Below, in pieces: positions 36,150 through 49,975 of a stretch of 64,000 bases of DNA. Both the position numbers and the translations under genes were made by a program. Numbering within the stretch: the stretch's first letter is position 1; every line of letters starts with the position of its first letter. Origin of the DNA: a virus (taxonomy: Duplodnaviria; Caudoviricetes); IMG/VR virus record IMGVR_UViG_3300032038_009890, positions 32,001-96,000 of that record; one strand, written 5' to 3'. The notes beneath the pieces are model-generated. The model saw only the letters and a list, made by a program, of their open reading frames with translations, searched no databases and was not told the origin of the DNA.

Positions 36150-38543
36150 TTATAGCCTCATTAAAACATAATGTGCAATCAGTGCAACAAATATTAAGAA
36201 TATATTATAAAGAACACTTGCCTCTTCTTTGAGGAATCCATCAGAATCTATAGGCGAATTAGCCATATAAAAGATTAAGGACCCCGCAAACATACAAATG
36301 GTAAATACAGTGAAATATATAAGCGGATTGATTATGCTAAATATCTTCACGGTAATAAATATAGTAGTCATAGACAATGCGCCTAAGCCCCACCTGTATA
36401 TGTTATTGCCCTTATATTCGACAATTTCCTGCACAAAAATATGATTTCCTAACATTATAATAGCAAGTACGCAACTGAGTAGAAAAATCATCTTGTCATA
36501 TCAGTCCTCTACAACCATAGTTAACGAACAAATCAATGTAAACACATTAATAGGAACAATCCAATAATTATGTGTAATAAATACATTTAAAATTAAACAG
36601 CAGATATTACATAAAGATAATATTACTCCCAATACTCTAGTCATTTCTTTTCACCCTTATATGGCTCTGGCATCTCAATCTCCATCCATGCTGTAGCCTC
36701 ATCATAGGCCACGGTCTTACTATTATTCAAAAAATGCCAACGAGGTTCAGCGCCTCCGTCCAGATATGCCTCCCGCGTCTTGTTTTTGCGCGTAATCCAG
36801 ACGCTTTGAAAACGCTTTGGCATTTTATCATTTATTGGAATCCACCTGCCCATTTTCCACCATTTTCTTGTACTTTTCCTCAGTGTAGATACTGGCACTA
36901 CTGAACACTCTTGGTATAATAGTTCCATCTTCACTGATCATATCAACTTCATACTCAATCCATGCCCATCCTCCACCATGGAAGTTGTGTATGCCTTTAA
37001 GAATACCTTTTTTATAGGTATCAACATGCCGCGCAAGAGATTGCACAACACCCGTGCCCTCACAGGTTTTACACGTCAGAATCCAAGGACTCAACCTCTC
37101 ATCTTCTTTGCGATAATACATTTTTCTGGGATAATCAATCTGCATCAACCCTGTATCACGGGTAACATCTCCATGACAAAAAGGGCATTCGATCTCATGA
37201 TACTCATCCTTGGTTTCATGAATATAAACAGTGTCCCCAATAGAAAAAGGGCAATCAATCGTAGTCTCAATCATTTTTCTCTTCCTGCATCTTTTCAAAA
37301 ATATAATCCACAACTTTTTTGCCATAATCCGTGGCGGCAGTCACATTATCTGTCGTTATATATGAGCTTGCTACCATACCAAAACACGTTTCTCTGTCGG
37401 GAACAAAAATCGTTATTAACAAGAAGACGATAATTACTTTCGCAATTCTCGACAAAGCCCTCTTATACGATTTTTCATCTTCCTCGCTAATCTTACAGTC
37501 ATCAATATGCGCGGCAACATATACGCCAAATGCAATGACAAATACAACAGTGCTAATTGTCAGCACAACATAAGAAACTTCTTGCAAGCCATTAAAGACC
37601 CGCCCCAAATACACAATCCAAGGACTAATAATATAATTCATCACTCTACCTTAACTTTCTCAATCCATCTGTGGAAGCCAAAGCACCATTTATAAGCGTC
37701 ATCATCATTCCATCCACAAGCAACCATTTCCTTATAAAGATTTGTTCTGTACCTATCCCAACTCTCCGTATGGATTCCATCAATCGTAGCCTTGTCTCCT
37801 AACTCAACTACTCTTTTTGCAATCTCTACCAGATGGTCAGTATAAGGTGAAAATCCCCATGCAATATGGTTTGCTACATCCATGACATTAAGTGGACGTT
37901 TGGCCCTGCGAATGTAACTTTTAGCAGAATCCAAATCAAACTGGAGATATTCACGTTCGTGCTTATCTATGTAGGATTCCTCGCTAAGTCGAATAATATT
38001 GCCAAACTGCGCGACAACAATGTACGGATAGTAGGGGACGAGATCACGAGAAGTACCAATATGAAAAGGAAGGACATTACCTCCCTGATAAATCTTATAT
38101 TTATCGATGATCTCATCCATTCCAGTCATAATAATTACATCATAAAAATCACATACAGGTGAATATACGCTAATGTCGGCCGCCCCCTTTCTAGCGAGTC
38201 TTTATGGACGGAAACTTAACTTTAATAACCATCTGAATACTTTCGCAAGAATCTCCATACTCAGTAGAGCTTTTTACATTCACAATAGAAACATTCTCGA
38301 TATTTCTTTGAAGGAAATTCACGAGATGATTCCTCTTGAAATACTCCTTAAGATACTCGTAATTCATTTGTATTTCCTCTCAGTGTAATAGCCAAGGCAG
38401 ACGGTGACAATACTAAAACACAGAAGCAATGCGGAGCTAAGATGTAAGCCCCGCAAACGCAAATATTCTGCGCCAACACCAAAAGAGAAAACTCCAAAGC
38501 TCGTCAGACAGCGTGCAAATATAAATAGTCGCCTGTTCCTCAT
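36150..38543 (-). CDS. Accessory ORF cluster (membrane proteins, a DUF551-like ORF, a Zn-finger protein and hypotheticals)
   Basis: Tightly coupled ORFs at 36150, 36641, 36828, 37267 and 37641, plus sub-60-aa ORFs 38191-38367 and 38364-38543. Confidence 0.5.
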
Positions 38544-39040
38544 ATTACTTCCTCCACAATATCTGGATTCATAATAAGAATCGTATCACAGTCCCATCCA
38601 TAAAGCTTATAATAAAGGTTCTTAATTCTTACATCAATCGCATCAATACCATCTGCCATCATTCGCTCAAAGTCTAGATAAACATTGGTAAAAGGATCGT
38701 CATCGAGACCATTTGCTCTCATAACAGGGTCTGTAAATATCCAGTCGCGATTCTCATCCATTGTTCTTATCATGTCATCAAGGCTGTAAAGATTTAAAAC
38801 ATTTGCGCTCTCACTGATATCAAACTGGAATGACTCACTCCCCCTAAACAAATCCCATTCTTCGTCGAAACACCAGTCGCGCCAACTTCTTTCGCAACAA
38901 ACGGGCGAGGCCCAAAGACCACATCCTCTTTCTGGCTTATTCCATGAATAGCTTCGATTTTTTACAGGAATAAATTTGTCTTTGTCAAAATGATCAGAAC
39001 CATAATGAATGTATCTCATATAATCCCTCCAAAACACCAA
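38540..39040 (-). CDS. Conserved-looking phage hypothetical protein
   Basis: YIHYG...NKP...GLWASP...W.DWC...LYGWDCD; first gene after a consensus promoter. Confidence 0.6.
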   Translation of the reverse strand: MVFWRDYMRYIHYGSDHFDKDKFIPVKNRSYSWNKPERGCGLWASPVCCERSWRDWCFDEEWDLFRGSESFQFDISESANVLNLYSLDDMIRTMDENRDWIFTDPVMRANGLDDDPFTNVYLDFERMMADGIDAIDVRIKNLYYKLYGWDCDTILIMNPDIVEEVI

Positions 39041-39050
39041 ACTAGAGAAT

Positions 39051-39079
39051 ATTATATGACTTTCCTATGTGTTTGTCAA
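39051..39079 (-). promoter_or_regulatory. Consensus sigma-70/sigma-A promoter
   Basis: TTGACA-17 nt-TATAAT on the minus strand. Confidence 0.85.
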
Positions 39080-42000
39080 TAGTTTTCGCCTGTAAACTCT
39101 GTTCCACTATTCTTTGCTTCGTAATCCCTTACAAGTTCATGTATGGCAAAAACATTGATCATCTTGGCTCCACAATGATAGCAATAATAATTATTTGAAT
39201 ATTTTAGTTGATCTCCTTCTAAAATTGCTTTACAGTGGTCACAATAAGCCACCCAATCATCTCTTAATATCCAATCTGCCATCATTGTTCCTCAATCAGC
39301 ATCTGTATGGATTCCAACATACGGGCAGAAGATAAAGGTAGTCAAAAAATTCTTATTAAAGAATGTATCATCGTTGATAACATAATTGTACATCCCCGGC
39401 AAAGACTGATGATCAAGATAAGGCTCATTTGGGTTAGAACCTATTTTTAATCCCTTGGTTCCGCAATAGTCCACAATTACTTCTTCCAATATACGAAATT
39501 CATCACTATCATATAAATCTTCGATATTATCAAACATATAATACAAGTAAGATACTAGATAACTTAGTTTTTGAGATTGTTCGTAATAATCATCTACAGT
39601 TTTATCAAACCAACCATATCTAGCAACTGTATAACCGTCCTTATCTGTTTCTAAATCTGGATGCTCCATTTTCTTTCCAAAAGTAAGTGAGTGAACACTA
39701 CTTGAATTAGTTTCAAATACATTATAGCGTACTGTATATTTCATTTATCATCCCTCTTTTCGCCCCAAGCACAAAAATGATCTCCGTCCATATATTCCTT
39801 TTCGTCAGGCCACCAAATATCACAATATTGACACTCTCCATTAATAGTCATATGAGAATATTTACATTCTTTACAATGAATTATTTCTATTCCCTGCATG
39901 TCCAATATTTTATCAAGAGTATTTCTATCACACGTTCCAGACGTATATAATAATGCATATACCGATGCACTATCTAAGTATTTCGACATTATTTGCCCTC
40001 CTATATTGAATTTCTCATCTTCTACTTTTAAATTATTTTCTATTGCTGTGCGATTTAACTGTGAAAGAATAGTTGCTCCGATAGATAAATAAGGTTCATC
40101 ATTAATAATTTCACATCCACCATATGCAATTATAACTTTTTTAGTATTAGGATTATTGGCTATCATGTCCAATGCATTATATTTTAGTAAGATTTCTTCT
40201 AATTCACTTATATCCATTGAATAAGAAAGCCTGTACTTGTCATAGGGAATGCTATATTCTTTTAAGTCATATTCTTCATCATCAAAAGAATTATCATCAC
40301 CCAGTGGCTCATACACAACTTCACTGATACCTGCGATGGATTTTAAGTTGTTAATAAAATAATCATCAACAAATTTTGTAAATAAGTTAAACCTCATAAA
40401 ATCTCCTTATTCCATGCAAATGTCTTCCAACCATTCAATCAAATAATCTTCTAGGAGATTAATCGTATTAATTTTATCCCAATGATATTCCTTGTCGAAT
40501 GATTCTTTATAAATATCAATCAACTCAGCTATTTTAAGAATCTGGTCTTCAGTAAAGACTACTTCATCCATATTAATCTTCTTTATACGGCTTCGGCTCT
40601 TCATAAGGCATCCAAGCAATAACTTGATCAAAATTATAAACAGGAGTTCCTTGAATATTATATTCAAATACAGCAATTATTCCATTCTCCAATGGATAAA
40701 AATTACATACAGTTACAAAAACATCATTAAGAAATTCTTGGTCATCTCTCGGTTTTAAAGTAACCCAAACTGGATTTTCATATCCAAATGGTGGCATCTT
40801 TTCCGAGATAGGCATCCACGCTTCTTCTCTCATATTTGCACCGCAATTAGGACAATAGTCAGGAAAATACGAATCTGCTTTATAATTCTGAATTGCATTA
40901 AATTGGTCTTGAGTATATAATGCTCCGCATTTCACGCAGCAAAATATATTGTTTCCAATAAAATCCCATTTACCCAAATTTTTCATTACGATTCTCCTTC
41001 ATATGGCTCAGGAAACGGCATCCATGCAATATCTGTTTTCAAATATCCTTTACCACTGCCTTTATACCATCCGTCACACCAATCTTGATAGTAGGCAGTT
41101 GATACGCCTCTATTTTTGTTATCATATGTTACTAAATATTTGTCGTTTTCATCTGGTTTTCTTTCGGAACAAGGTATCCACTGAGATGTTCTCATATTAA
41201 GACGGCATAACCTTTCAATTATTTTCTGATTCGTCATTCTGATATTTCCCCAAAAGATAATTCACATCACAAAATATATTACGCATATACCTCTTCCAAT
41301 TATCAGAATTCATCATAAATGTATATGAGCAAAATCTTTTATCAACATCTTCATATAGTATTGCAGAAAACCATTCTTCGTCGTCATCAATAGATATATA
41401 CATTGTTATTTGTACTTTATCTGTTATATATCTTGATATGATGTATATCTCACCATCTTGTTCTCTATCTATAGTGTGGAACTTAGGAAAGTTCTTTTTA
41501 TTAGATAATTCAGCCAACGGAATCATTTCAAATTCATATTCGATTTTATCTATCACTTTGCGAATATTTTTATCTTCTAAGAAATCGGGCACATCATCAA
41601 ACAGTTCCATTACTAACTTTTCTCCTTATTCACATGGTCAATGATTTTACCCATTTAATCCCCTTTTGCAATCCATCCACTAAGTAAAATCGCATATACT
41701 AGCATCATAACATCGTGATTAATTGGGATATGATTTAAATTGTATTCAAATATCGAATCAATCATAATTAGCACAAATGCAACAATTATTTTCATTCTAT
41801 CTTTCCTTTATATACTTCGGGCGTAAAATACGGCATCCAAGCTACGCATTTATCTAAATCATGATACGTTTTACTACAAACATTATACACTCCTACCCCC
41901 ACATAGTTTTTCTCAACAGAATCCTCAAATAAAAAACCGTCTATTACTTTTAATTCATCAACCCCGAATCTTTTTATAGATATCCAAAGTGGAGTATAGG

Positions 42001-42220
42001 GTGAAGGCGTTTCTTCAGAAAAAAGTTTCCACTGAGTAGGAGACTCTTTATCCTCTGTATTATCCATATGATTTCCACAATTAGGGCAATAATCAGGATA
42101 ATAAAATTCTGCTTTATGGTTTTGTATTGTTTTAAACTGTGTCTGATCATACATTTCTCCGCACTTAGGACACATAAACATGTTATAACCAATATAATCC
42201 CATTTCCCTAGATTTTGCAT
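39076..42220 (-). CDS. Accessory cluster: Zn-ribbon and DUF551-like proteins and an FETNSSS-motif protein (39292-39744)
   Basis: CDHC...CYHCG, VFETNSSSVHS, CKECKY; paralogs 40573..40986 and 41792..42220; WIPCSERKP...WMPFPEPY. Confidence 0.55.
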
Positions 42221-42765
42221 TAATCGATCCTCTCAAGATACTGTACAGGTACTTGTTTAATAAGCCAAACACCATTTTCAGACATATAAAATTTATATCC
42301 ATTATCATACATCTCTTTTGCCGCAACTTTAAAAACAACAGGCTTACCATGTCTTTGGCCAACAACTTTGGCAGTTTCGATGTCTTTAGAAAGATGTACA
42401 TATAACCGTGACTTAGGAATCAATCCCATCTGCATGATCGACTCAATAAACTTTTCGCCAGTACCATGAAAGAGGATTTTCGGTGGCACACATTCTTTAA
42501 GCTCTACATCAACAGGAATAAAGTGACCTTGGTTAGCACGAATCATTGTATGGTCCTCATTAAATGAAAAGCGCTTCTTATTATTGTCTCGCACGATTTC
42601 CTCCAGAGAGTCAAGATTAAACCACGGTTCCTGCTTCTGGATGCCAGAAATTAATTCACTGACTTTGGCCCACCCGTGTTCATCCAAGGTAATCCCAATT
42701 GTCTCAGGTTTATGTCGAAGAATCAGTGAAATAAACTTACTGCAATTAGTTAATTCTTTTGTCAT
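42220..42765 (-). CDS. kptA: RNA 2'-phosphotransferase (Tpt1/KptA family)
   Basis: SKFISLILRHKP, KKRF, IRANQGH, LFHGT, RLYVHLS, NGVWL. Confidence 0.92.
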   Translation of the reverse strand: MTKELTNCSKFISLILRHKPETIGITLDEHGWAKVSELISGIQKQEPWFNLDSLEEIVRDNNKKRFSFNEDHTMIRANQGHFIPVDVELKECVPPKILFHGTGEKFIESIMQMGLIPKSRLYVHLSKDIETAKVVGQRHGKPVVFKVAAKEMYDNGYKFYMSENGVWLIKQVPVQYLERID

Positions 42766-42900
42766 CTTTAATCTTCTCCAAATAATATTAGGCTCTTTTA
42801 ATCTTATAATAATTATTGTTCTTTCTTCGGCTTTCTACCACAACTTTTTTTCTCTGGGCAATATTCAATTAAACCTGCTTAGCTCTCGGGTCATCTAATT

Positions 42901-43524
42901 TCATCCTATAATCAACTCCTTATTTCTATTGCTATAAAAATATTCATTATACGCCTCATACCTCTGATGAATATTTGTCATATCATAGTCATGACTAAGC
43001 GCCCATTCCTTAAATCTTACAAAGAATCCGCAAGCAGAAAACTCAGGACAACCACATCTATAGATACAGTTCGGAACCATCACATCAGACAACTCTTCCT
43101 GCCCCACATTTTTAATTGCAATCTTAACGTCTTCCATATGCTGTCGTGTTTCTGGCGAAGCCTGATAACACAACCTATACCGACTTACATTAATCAAAGC
43201 TTGTGCATTTGCATTGATATCCATATTCACTGGAGTATCTTGTGGAGATTCATCACGATTCTTACCAGTACGATCAGTCCTCTGAGTAGAAACCCATTTG
43301 TCCCAACCTAGCCAATGTCTCGCAAAATGAACAGAAACCCAAGATTTTATCTGCTCAAAACGCCAATGTATCTGGATCAGGCGAATTGGTGAATGTTCTG
43401 ATATCAGGAGATTATGAATAAAAGTAGATGAAGGTTCGTTGTCTGTAGGCTCTTTATTCACCGTATTACGACACTCATTTTTTGCCAGTTTCCAATTAGC
43501 ATTGATGTTGATTATTTTAATCAT
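42901..43524 (-). CDS. thyX: Flavin-dependent thymidylate synthase-like protein
   Basis: SEHSPIR, VHFARH, VSTQR, RYRLCYQA..E, VPNCIYRCGCPE. Confidence 0.8.
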   Translation of the reverse strand: MIKIININANWKLAKNECRNTVNKEPTDNEPSSTFIHNLLISEHSPIRLIQIHWRFEQIKSWVSVHFARHWLGWDKWVSTQRTDRTGKNRDESPQDTPVNMDINANAQALINVSRYRLCYQASPETRQHMEDVKIAIKNVGQEELSDVMVPNCIYRCGCPEFSACGFFVRFKEWALSHDYDMTNIHQRYEAYNEYFYSNRNKELIIG

Positions 43525-44756
43525 ATAATATCACCGTCCTTAATCATCTTTAGATATGGCAATTTAATTAAATCTATATAAATTTGTTTCCACCTATCAT
43601 CATCTGAGTTTGCAGCATATTTTATAATAGGTATTAACTGGTTATAGTTCAAATTAATTATATATTTGAATTTCATGTTATTGGGAATATAATTGATTAA
43701 AGATACTAAATCGTATCCATTCTTATTATATTCATTTAAAATTGAATTCAAATATATTAATGTATATTCCCAGCAATAACATTTCTCAAATAATTTATGC
43801 TCTTCGCTTGTAAATGAATCACCATAAATTACATTTTGCAAACCGCTTAAACTTCTATTTGTTATTTCTATCAGTTCTTTATAGGTGAGCCCTTCTTTTC
43901 TAAGTGCTTTAACTTTTTCATTATCCAAAGGACTATATTTCATGCTATTTTTATATGCGATGTAGCGTGTTTCTAACGTAATTCCGTCTAGATCATTTCG
44001 ATGTTTATGTAATTCGTTTTCACTTCGAGTGACCCATTCCAGATTTTCCAAGCTATTGTTACCTTTATTCCCATCTATATGATTTACTTCAAGTCCTTCA
44101 TTAGACCTATCCCCAAGCCACGCTTCTGCAACTAATCTATGTACCAATATTCTTTTTTTATATTTTCTACCTCCCATATTCATGTACCAATATCCATGTT
44201 CATCTTGTGTAGTTTCAATTTGTTTTCTTGAAAAATGCTTTATTCTTGTTCCAACAGAATCTGCTCTATCAAATGCCTTAGAGAACACTCGCCCATTTCT
44301 ATAAACTTCGTATTCTCTATCCCCTACTTTATAGATTTTATATTCATCCGTTTCGTAAGGAAATATTCTATCATGACTTCTTTTAACTTTTTTTGGATAA
44401 AAAACTTTTTCCATATCATTTGAAAGATAAAAGTCATCTACTGTATATTTTTCAATATTCTTTCCAATATTATAAGCGATATCAATTTTAAATAGGTCGG
44501 ATATATCATTTATCCATTTTAATGAACTCACTCCATTTAATTCAAATAATATAAAATCAGATAGCTTATTTATACAATTCGTCAATTTAGCATTAGTCAG
44601 AAATTCTTCTGTTGAATTCAATCCCTGAATAATATCATTTTCTTCATCACTACATTGTACTTCCGCAATATTCTTAATTACATCAATTCTTGTCAAGATT
44701 TTTAAGTTGATTGTATCATTAATATCTTCAAACATTTTAAATATCTGTTCTCGCAT
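43521..44756 (-). CDS. HNH (NUMOD4-type) endonuclease within ThyX-like flanks
   Basis: YEVYRNGRVFS...VHRLVAEAW...VNHIDGNKGNNSLENLEW. Confidence 0.8.
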   Translation of the reverse strand: MREQIFKMFEDINDTINLKILTRIDVIKNIAEVQCSDEENDIIQGLNSTEEFLTNAKLTNCINKLSDFILFELNGVSSLKWINDISDLFKIDIAYNIGKNIEKYTVDDFYLSNDMEKVFYPKKVKRSHDRIFPYETDEYKIYKVGDREYEVYRNGRVFSKAFDRADSVGTRIKHFSRKQIETTQDEHGYWYMNMGGRKYKKRILVHRLVAEAWLGDRSNEGLEVNHIDGNKGNNSLENLEWVTRSENELHKHRNDLDGITLETRYIAYKNSMKYSPLDNEKVKALRKEGLTYKELIEITNRSLSGLQNVIYGDSFTSEEHKLFEKCYCWEYTLIYLNSILNEYNKNGYDLVSLINYIPNNMKFKYIINLNYNQLIPIIKYAANSDDDRWKQIYIDLIKLPYLKMIKDGDII

Positions 44757-44758
44757 AT

Positions 44759-47700
44759 TTATTCTTTTACTCCAACCTTTCTCATATCCGGCCTAGTACT
44801 AAAGTGGTCAACCTCTTTCCACAACTCCTCATTCCCAGTCTTCTTCGACAGTGCGTCCAGAAACATATAGATACCGTCAAACGCATATCCCATATCAGTC
44901 CTATACTCCGTATCTCCGTAGATCAAATAACTTTCACCGCCCGGACTCCTGTCTAGTTCCACGCCAAATTCCACAAGTTCATTAAAACCAAAATATTTCT
45001 TATTCATCTTCATTACCTTGCATTTTTTCAAAAATATAGTCTACAACATCCTTGCCGTAGTTCGTCACTGCGGTTACGTTATCAGTTGTAATATAGCTAC
45101 TTGCTATCATTCCATAATATGTCTCTTTACTAGGAATTAACATTGTTCCAAGCAGTCCAATAATAGTAACAGGAATAAATATCTTTACAAATAGCTTGGA
45201 GTATTTGTATTCGTTACTTTTTGGACCATAATAATCATCGACTGCATAATTGATATACAGCCCCACAGATATGATTGTCACAATCGCTCCTATAGCAAGC
45301 GCTGTTATACAAACAATACTCAAGCCATCAAATACCTGTCCCAAATACACAATCCACGGACTTAAAATAGGATTCATCACTTCTCCTCATTCATTTAATT
45401 AAAAATTATTCAATATATAACAACATCATAAGAACATCTAAACTGTGGTTCTTCATCACCATACAGATACACCTCTAATGTTTTCTTATAAGCTTGTTCA
45501 AAATTATATTCGAAATTCTCTAGCCACTGATCATGCTTTAGAAAATATTCAAGCACTACAATTGCGCATTGAAGGCATCTGTGAACGTGCCATTCATTGC
45601 TATTTATTGGTTCCTCCATGCTTTCAAGAAGCTGATAATCATGATTCTTTAATATTTCTAAACATTTCTCAATTCTATGAATCTTAATTGTGTCTTTTAT
45701 ATCATTCGAACAAAATGCTATAAACAGCAATATAAATAACGTGCTAGATATAACTAAGATTCCAGTTCCAGAAATCATCGTTATTTCCTTAATTAATCAA
45801 TGTAGTCTTTTATAACCTGAATATCATCCGCATATTCTCCAGAAAAATAATCAAGCATATAAACAGTTCTTCCATCTGAAGTAAAATTGAACTGCTGATA
45901 TATTGGCACGCCACGGTAATACTCTACTATATGTCTTTTTATATACTCATCTCGATGTTCTTCGCAACAAAAGCGCAATTTATATAATCCTAAAGGATAG
46001 CGTACCAGATAAGAGTATCTATCACCGTCAAATTTATTTTTACAAATATGACAAGTGCAGTTTATATTCATCTTACTAATATCTCCCCAAATTCAAGCTT
46101 ATCATCAATTAGAGTTTTGCCATCAGTCAAATCCACCTCAATAAGCCTTTTCATAATATCAAAACTACTAGTATGCTTTTCTATAAAATCAGAAGTTTTT
46201 TGACTCATTATTAAATATGGTACTTTATTAAATATTCTGTAAAAGCTATTAATTTCTTTTGCTAATTCTTCTGCTTTAATCTCAACTGCTTTCATTACTG
46301 CAACTCCTCATATTTTGGCACAAATTGCAATTCAAGTTCTTCTGTTTCAAATTCGTTTTCTAACACATCTATATTAGTATTGATCCAATTCCTGATTTCA
46401 ATCATAACATCTTCTCTGTAATGGTTGAATACGCTTTCATCTCTCCATGGTTGCTCATCATACATATATTCCAACATGGCAAACAAACATATACGTTCCC
46501 AGATTGACAATTCCATCAAATACTCAAGTATTGCCTTTGCTAGATACTTTTCTATTCCTTTATAAAGATCATCTTTTCCAGATATTATATCGTCATATAT
46601 AATATTAATTGCAGATGTGTAAATATTATCATCGTCAACTATTACATGAAGCATTCCACCAACAGCGCAGCCAGAAATGTCATATAATAACCCAATTAGT
46701 TCTGCAAGAATATTATATCTTTCATTATATTCAATAGTGATTGCAATTTTGTTCATAATCACCTCGTCTCCTCATACGCAAACTTAGGCTCTAAATTCTT
46801 ATCTAGTCTGTCAAATCCACTCTTCAACCGCATCCCCATCACTTCCATCAGCGCATCACAGGCGTTCCGTTTATGCTCTAGGCGAGGTTCTTTTCTAGCG
46901 CAGATTTTTTCGGCAACTTCAGGTTTATAACTACTCTTTGGTTCACCATTATTACGAAGCGTAGTATATTCAATCCGCCAAAAGTTCAGTAATCTACAGC
47001 AGATTTCTTTATATGCCAGAGGAGGATCCCATCCTTTTTCAGCAATCTTATTATAGTCGATATATTTTTCTAGCCACTCAGGTACAAAGTACATAAAGTC
47101 ATCCGGCACAAAATAATGCCAAGTGTTAATATAAGACGTATCTTTAGAAAGCGGCAAATTCCGCATCCAGTTACCTTTTGGTAGTTTCTTTCCCATTATT
47201 TCTCTCACATTCTGTTATAAATATAATCTGTCACATATGATAGCTCTTTTATTTTTTGAATAGTAGCCGTTAATATTTGCGTAATAATATATTCAAACAT
47301 CATAGATGTATCGCTAGTAAGTAGTTCTCCAGTAGCATCAACAATTGTCACGTTGCCTACATCTATAGACAAGTCATCGTTAACAACTCCAATAGTCACA
47401 TAATGAGAATCCGACACATCATCTGGTATCAGCAACGAAATATTCAGTTCCTTATCATCAGCATTCAACCAGAGCAATAAGTCGCCAAATTCTTCTTTGT
47501 TGTTCTCCCAGTAATAGTAAAGTTCTTTAAGTTTTTCCATACATCTCCGTTCTCTTACAACTCCACCTTTTCGCCCAGAATATCAACATATTCTTTCTTT
47601 GTACCAAACAACTCTTTTACACTGTCCCTGTTCACAAAGCTGCGCAGATACTCATAACTCTCGCCCTCATCATGCACAGCTATAGAAGCTAACTGCAACA

Positions 47701-49975
47701 GAACCTCTCCGCAAAGTTCCACAGGCGCATTGTTTACATCTAATACATCGGACCCATTATGCCTAAACCTATACAATTCCTCAATAAGTTCCGCAAAATT
47801 TTCCTTTACAGGGCCGTTAAGCGTATCAACTACTCCACTCTTATCTAACGTAATCAGCTTATATGTATGGTCGCAATCTGAGAATATCAGTCCTATCTTG
47901 TCATCACGCTTGCCGACAAAAATATGCATCTCGGCCAACTTATCTCGCAGAGTATCTAAATAGCCATAAATTCTTTTGGTATCAATCATTTCATTACCTC
48001 ACGTAAATTTCACCAAAAGACAGGTCATTATCAATCAAAATTTTATTCCCACGCCACCTATTAATATCCCCGATATATTCATTATCAATATCAAATAGTG
48101 GTACATTTTCAGACGACAGAATACTTTGCGCCGTTTCTTTGTTGCAGATAATATATGCTTTCATCTCAACAAGCGCTTCGAATCTATCTATTTCGTTCTT
48201 TAATGCGTCTAAGTTTAGTTGTGCATAGTTCATCCTTTCTCCTCCTTATACGGCACTGGAACTTCTATCTCCATCCAAGCGGTCGCTTTCTCATATGCAA
48301 TGTTCTTCTTGTTGTTAATATTGTGGCTATTACAGCAACTATAACACTATAATGCACTTTCATTTAATTCCCATCTTTTCTAGTTCTTCGTCGATAACTT
48401 TACAATATTCAAAGTCATCGCAATCTTTACGATTTATATCAAGAAGATTATAAAATTCCTCCCTACTCAGAAGAAATTCTCCGTACTTATCTCCAAGCAT
48501 GATGCCAATCATAAACTCTATAAGGACATCATAGTCAATAATGTCACTATAATCCTTATCCCAATCGTATTCTGTAGCATTCCTAACTATTTCATTTTGT
48601 AACAAAGCGCCATATACAACGTTCTGCCCATTAAAATAGCCATTTGATTCAAGTGCGCCAATACGATCATATTTAAATACATCATCCGATGTCTTTATAT
48701 AGATATATAATCTATCTTCATACTCATTGACCTTTAAGCAGATATCTTTAAACTTTCCTTGAATAATTTGCGCAGACCAATAATCATATACTCTTTGTAA
48801 ATTTATCATATCAGGCTTTTGCTCCAATCATAACTTATCCCGCTAGTTTTTATTGCTCTAGATATCATCAGATATTTCAACTTGATTTCATCATAATCTA
48901 ACACAATAGAGGTTAACATCCAATCCAACATTTCTGTAATCAAATCATCATAATATTCTCTTGAAAGTAATTCATTCAAACTATAATCGCGCCAATCATT
49001 TATTACTCCTCTATTTATGAGTATCTGACGCACTATATTAAAGCCAAAGAAATATCCATAATCATCAAGGAAATATTCACGATCAAATGTTTCATCAATT
49101 TTAACCAGTAATGTTTTTGTTACTATTTTATAATTGTCATCTATCAATTCAATGCTTATTCCATTGAACATATGCTGTTTGAGTTTCTCATTCCAGTAAT
49201 TATAAAAATCGACAAGGTTTACCACTTATGACTCTCCAAACATAATTTTCATAATAATTTTATTTAGAATACCCAATCTTTTTCTTACTATTATCTTGTC
49301 CAGATCATCACCTATATCTGTAATCTTACATTTCTCAATTGTGATATTATATGTTCCATCATTATTCGCAGTTATTTTGTAATCTGCATATTTATTTGCT
49401 ATATATAAATCATCGTTGTTTGCAATAATTACTCCATAATTCAACGGTGAATTAATATCAAAGTCTTTTTTATTCATGTTTTCCTCCATAAATTTATATT
49501 ATGTGCAATAGTCTTCGCTTGTATAACTAATCCATCCATAATCAAAATTTTTGCAAACTATTACATAATAATTATTCTCATTGATGTTGTTAAAAATACA
49601 TATAAATGTATTCCCTGATTCAATATAATAAAAACAATTCTCTGGATATCTGTGAAGATGATCTATTCCACGACGTATATATCTTACTATTTCATCATCT
49701 TCAATATTTATACCATTTACGCTACTTCTAAAATGATTTGGATATTCAAGATTATCATATGTTGTCTTGAATTGTATTTCATCGCACTTAATGCGTTGTT
49801 TTTGATTGCACACCGGACATGTTATATATGGATATTCTATATCATCTTCATATTTGCGGAATGAAAAATCATAACTCAAATCTTCTTGCTCTATCTCTAG
49901 TTCGGAATCACAATGCTCACAACTAATTCTCATCGGAAATAATTGTTTCTTATTTTTTTCTTTAATGATTTTCAT
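44759..49975 (-). CDS. Array of about 14 small, coupled hypothetical genes
   Basis: Consecutive minus-strand ORFs with ATGA/TAATG overlaps, all ending TAA/TGA; includes paralog pairs. Confidence 0.55.
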
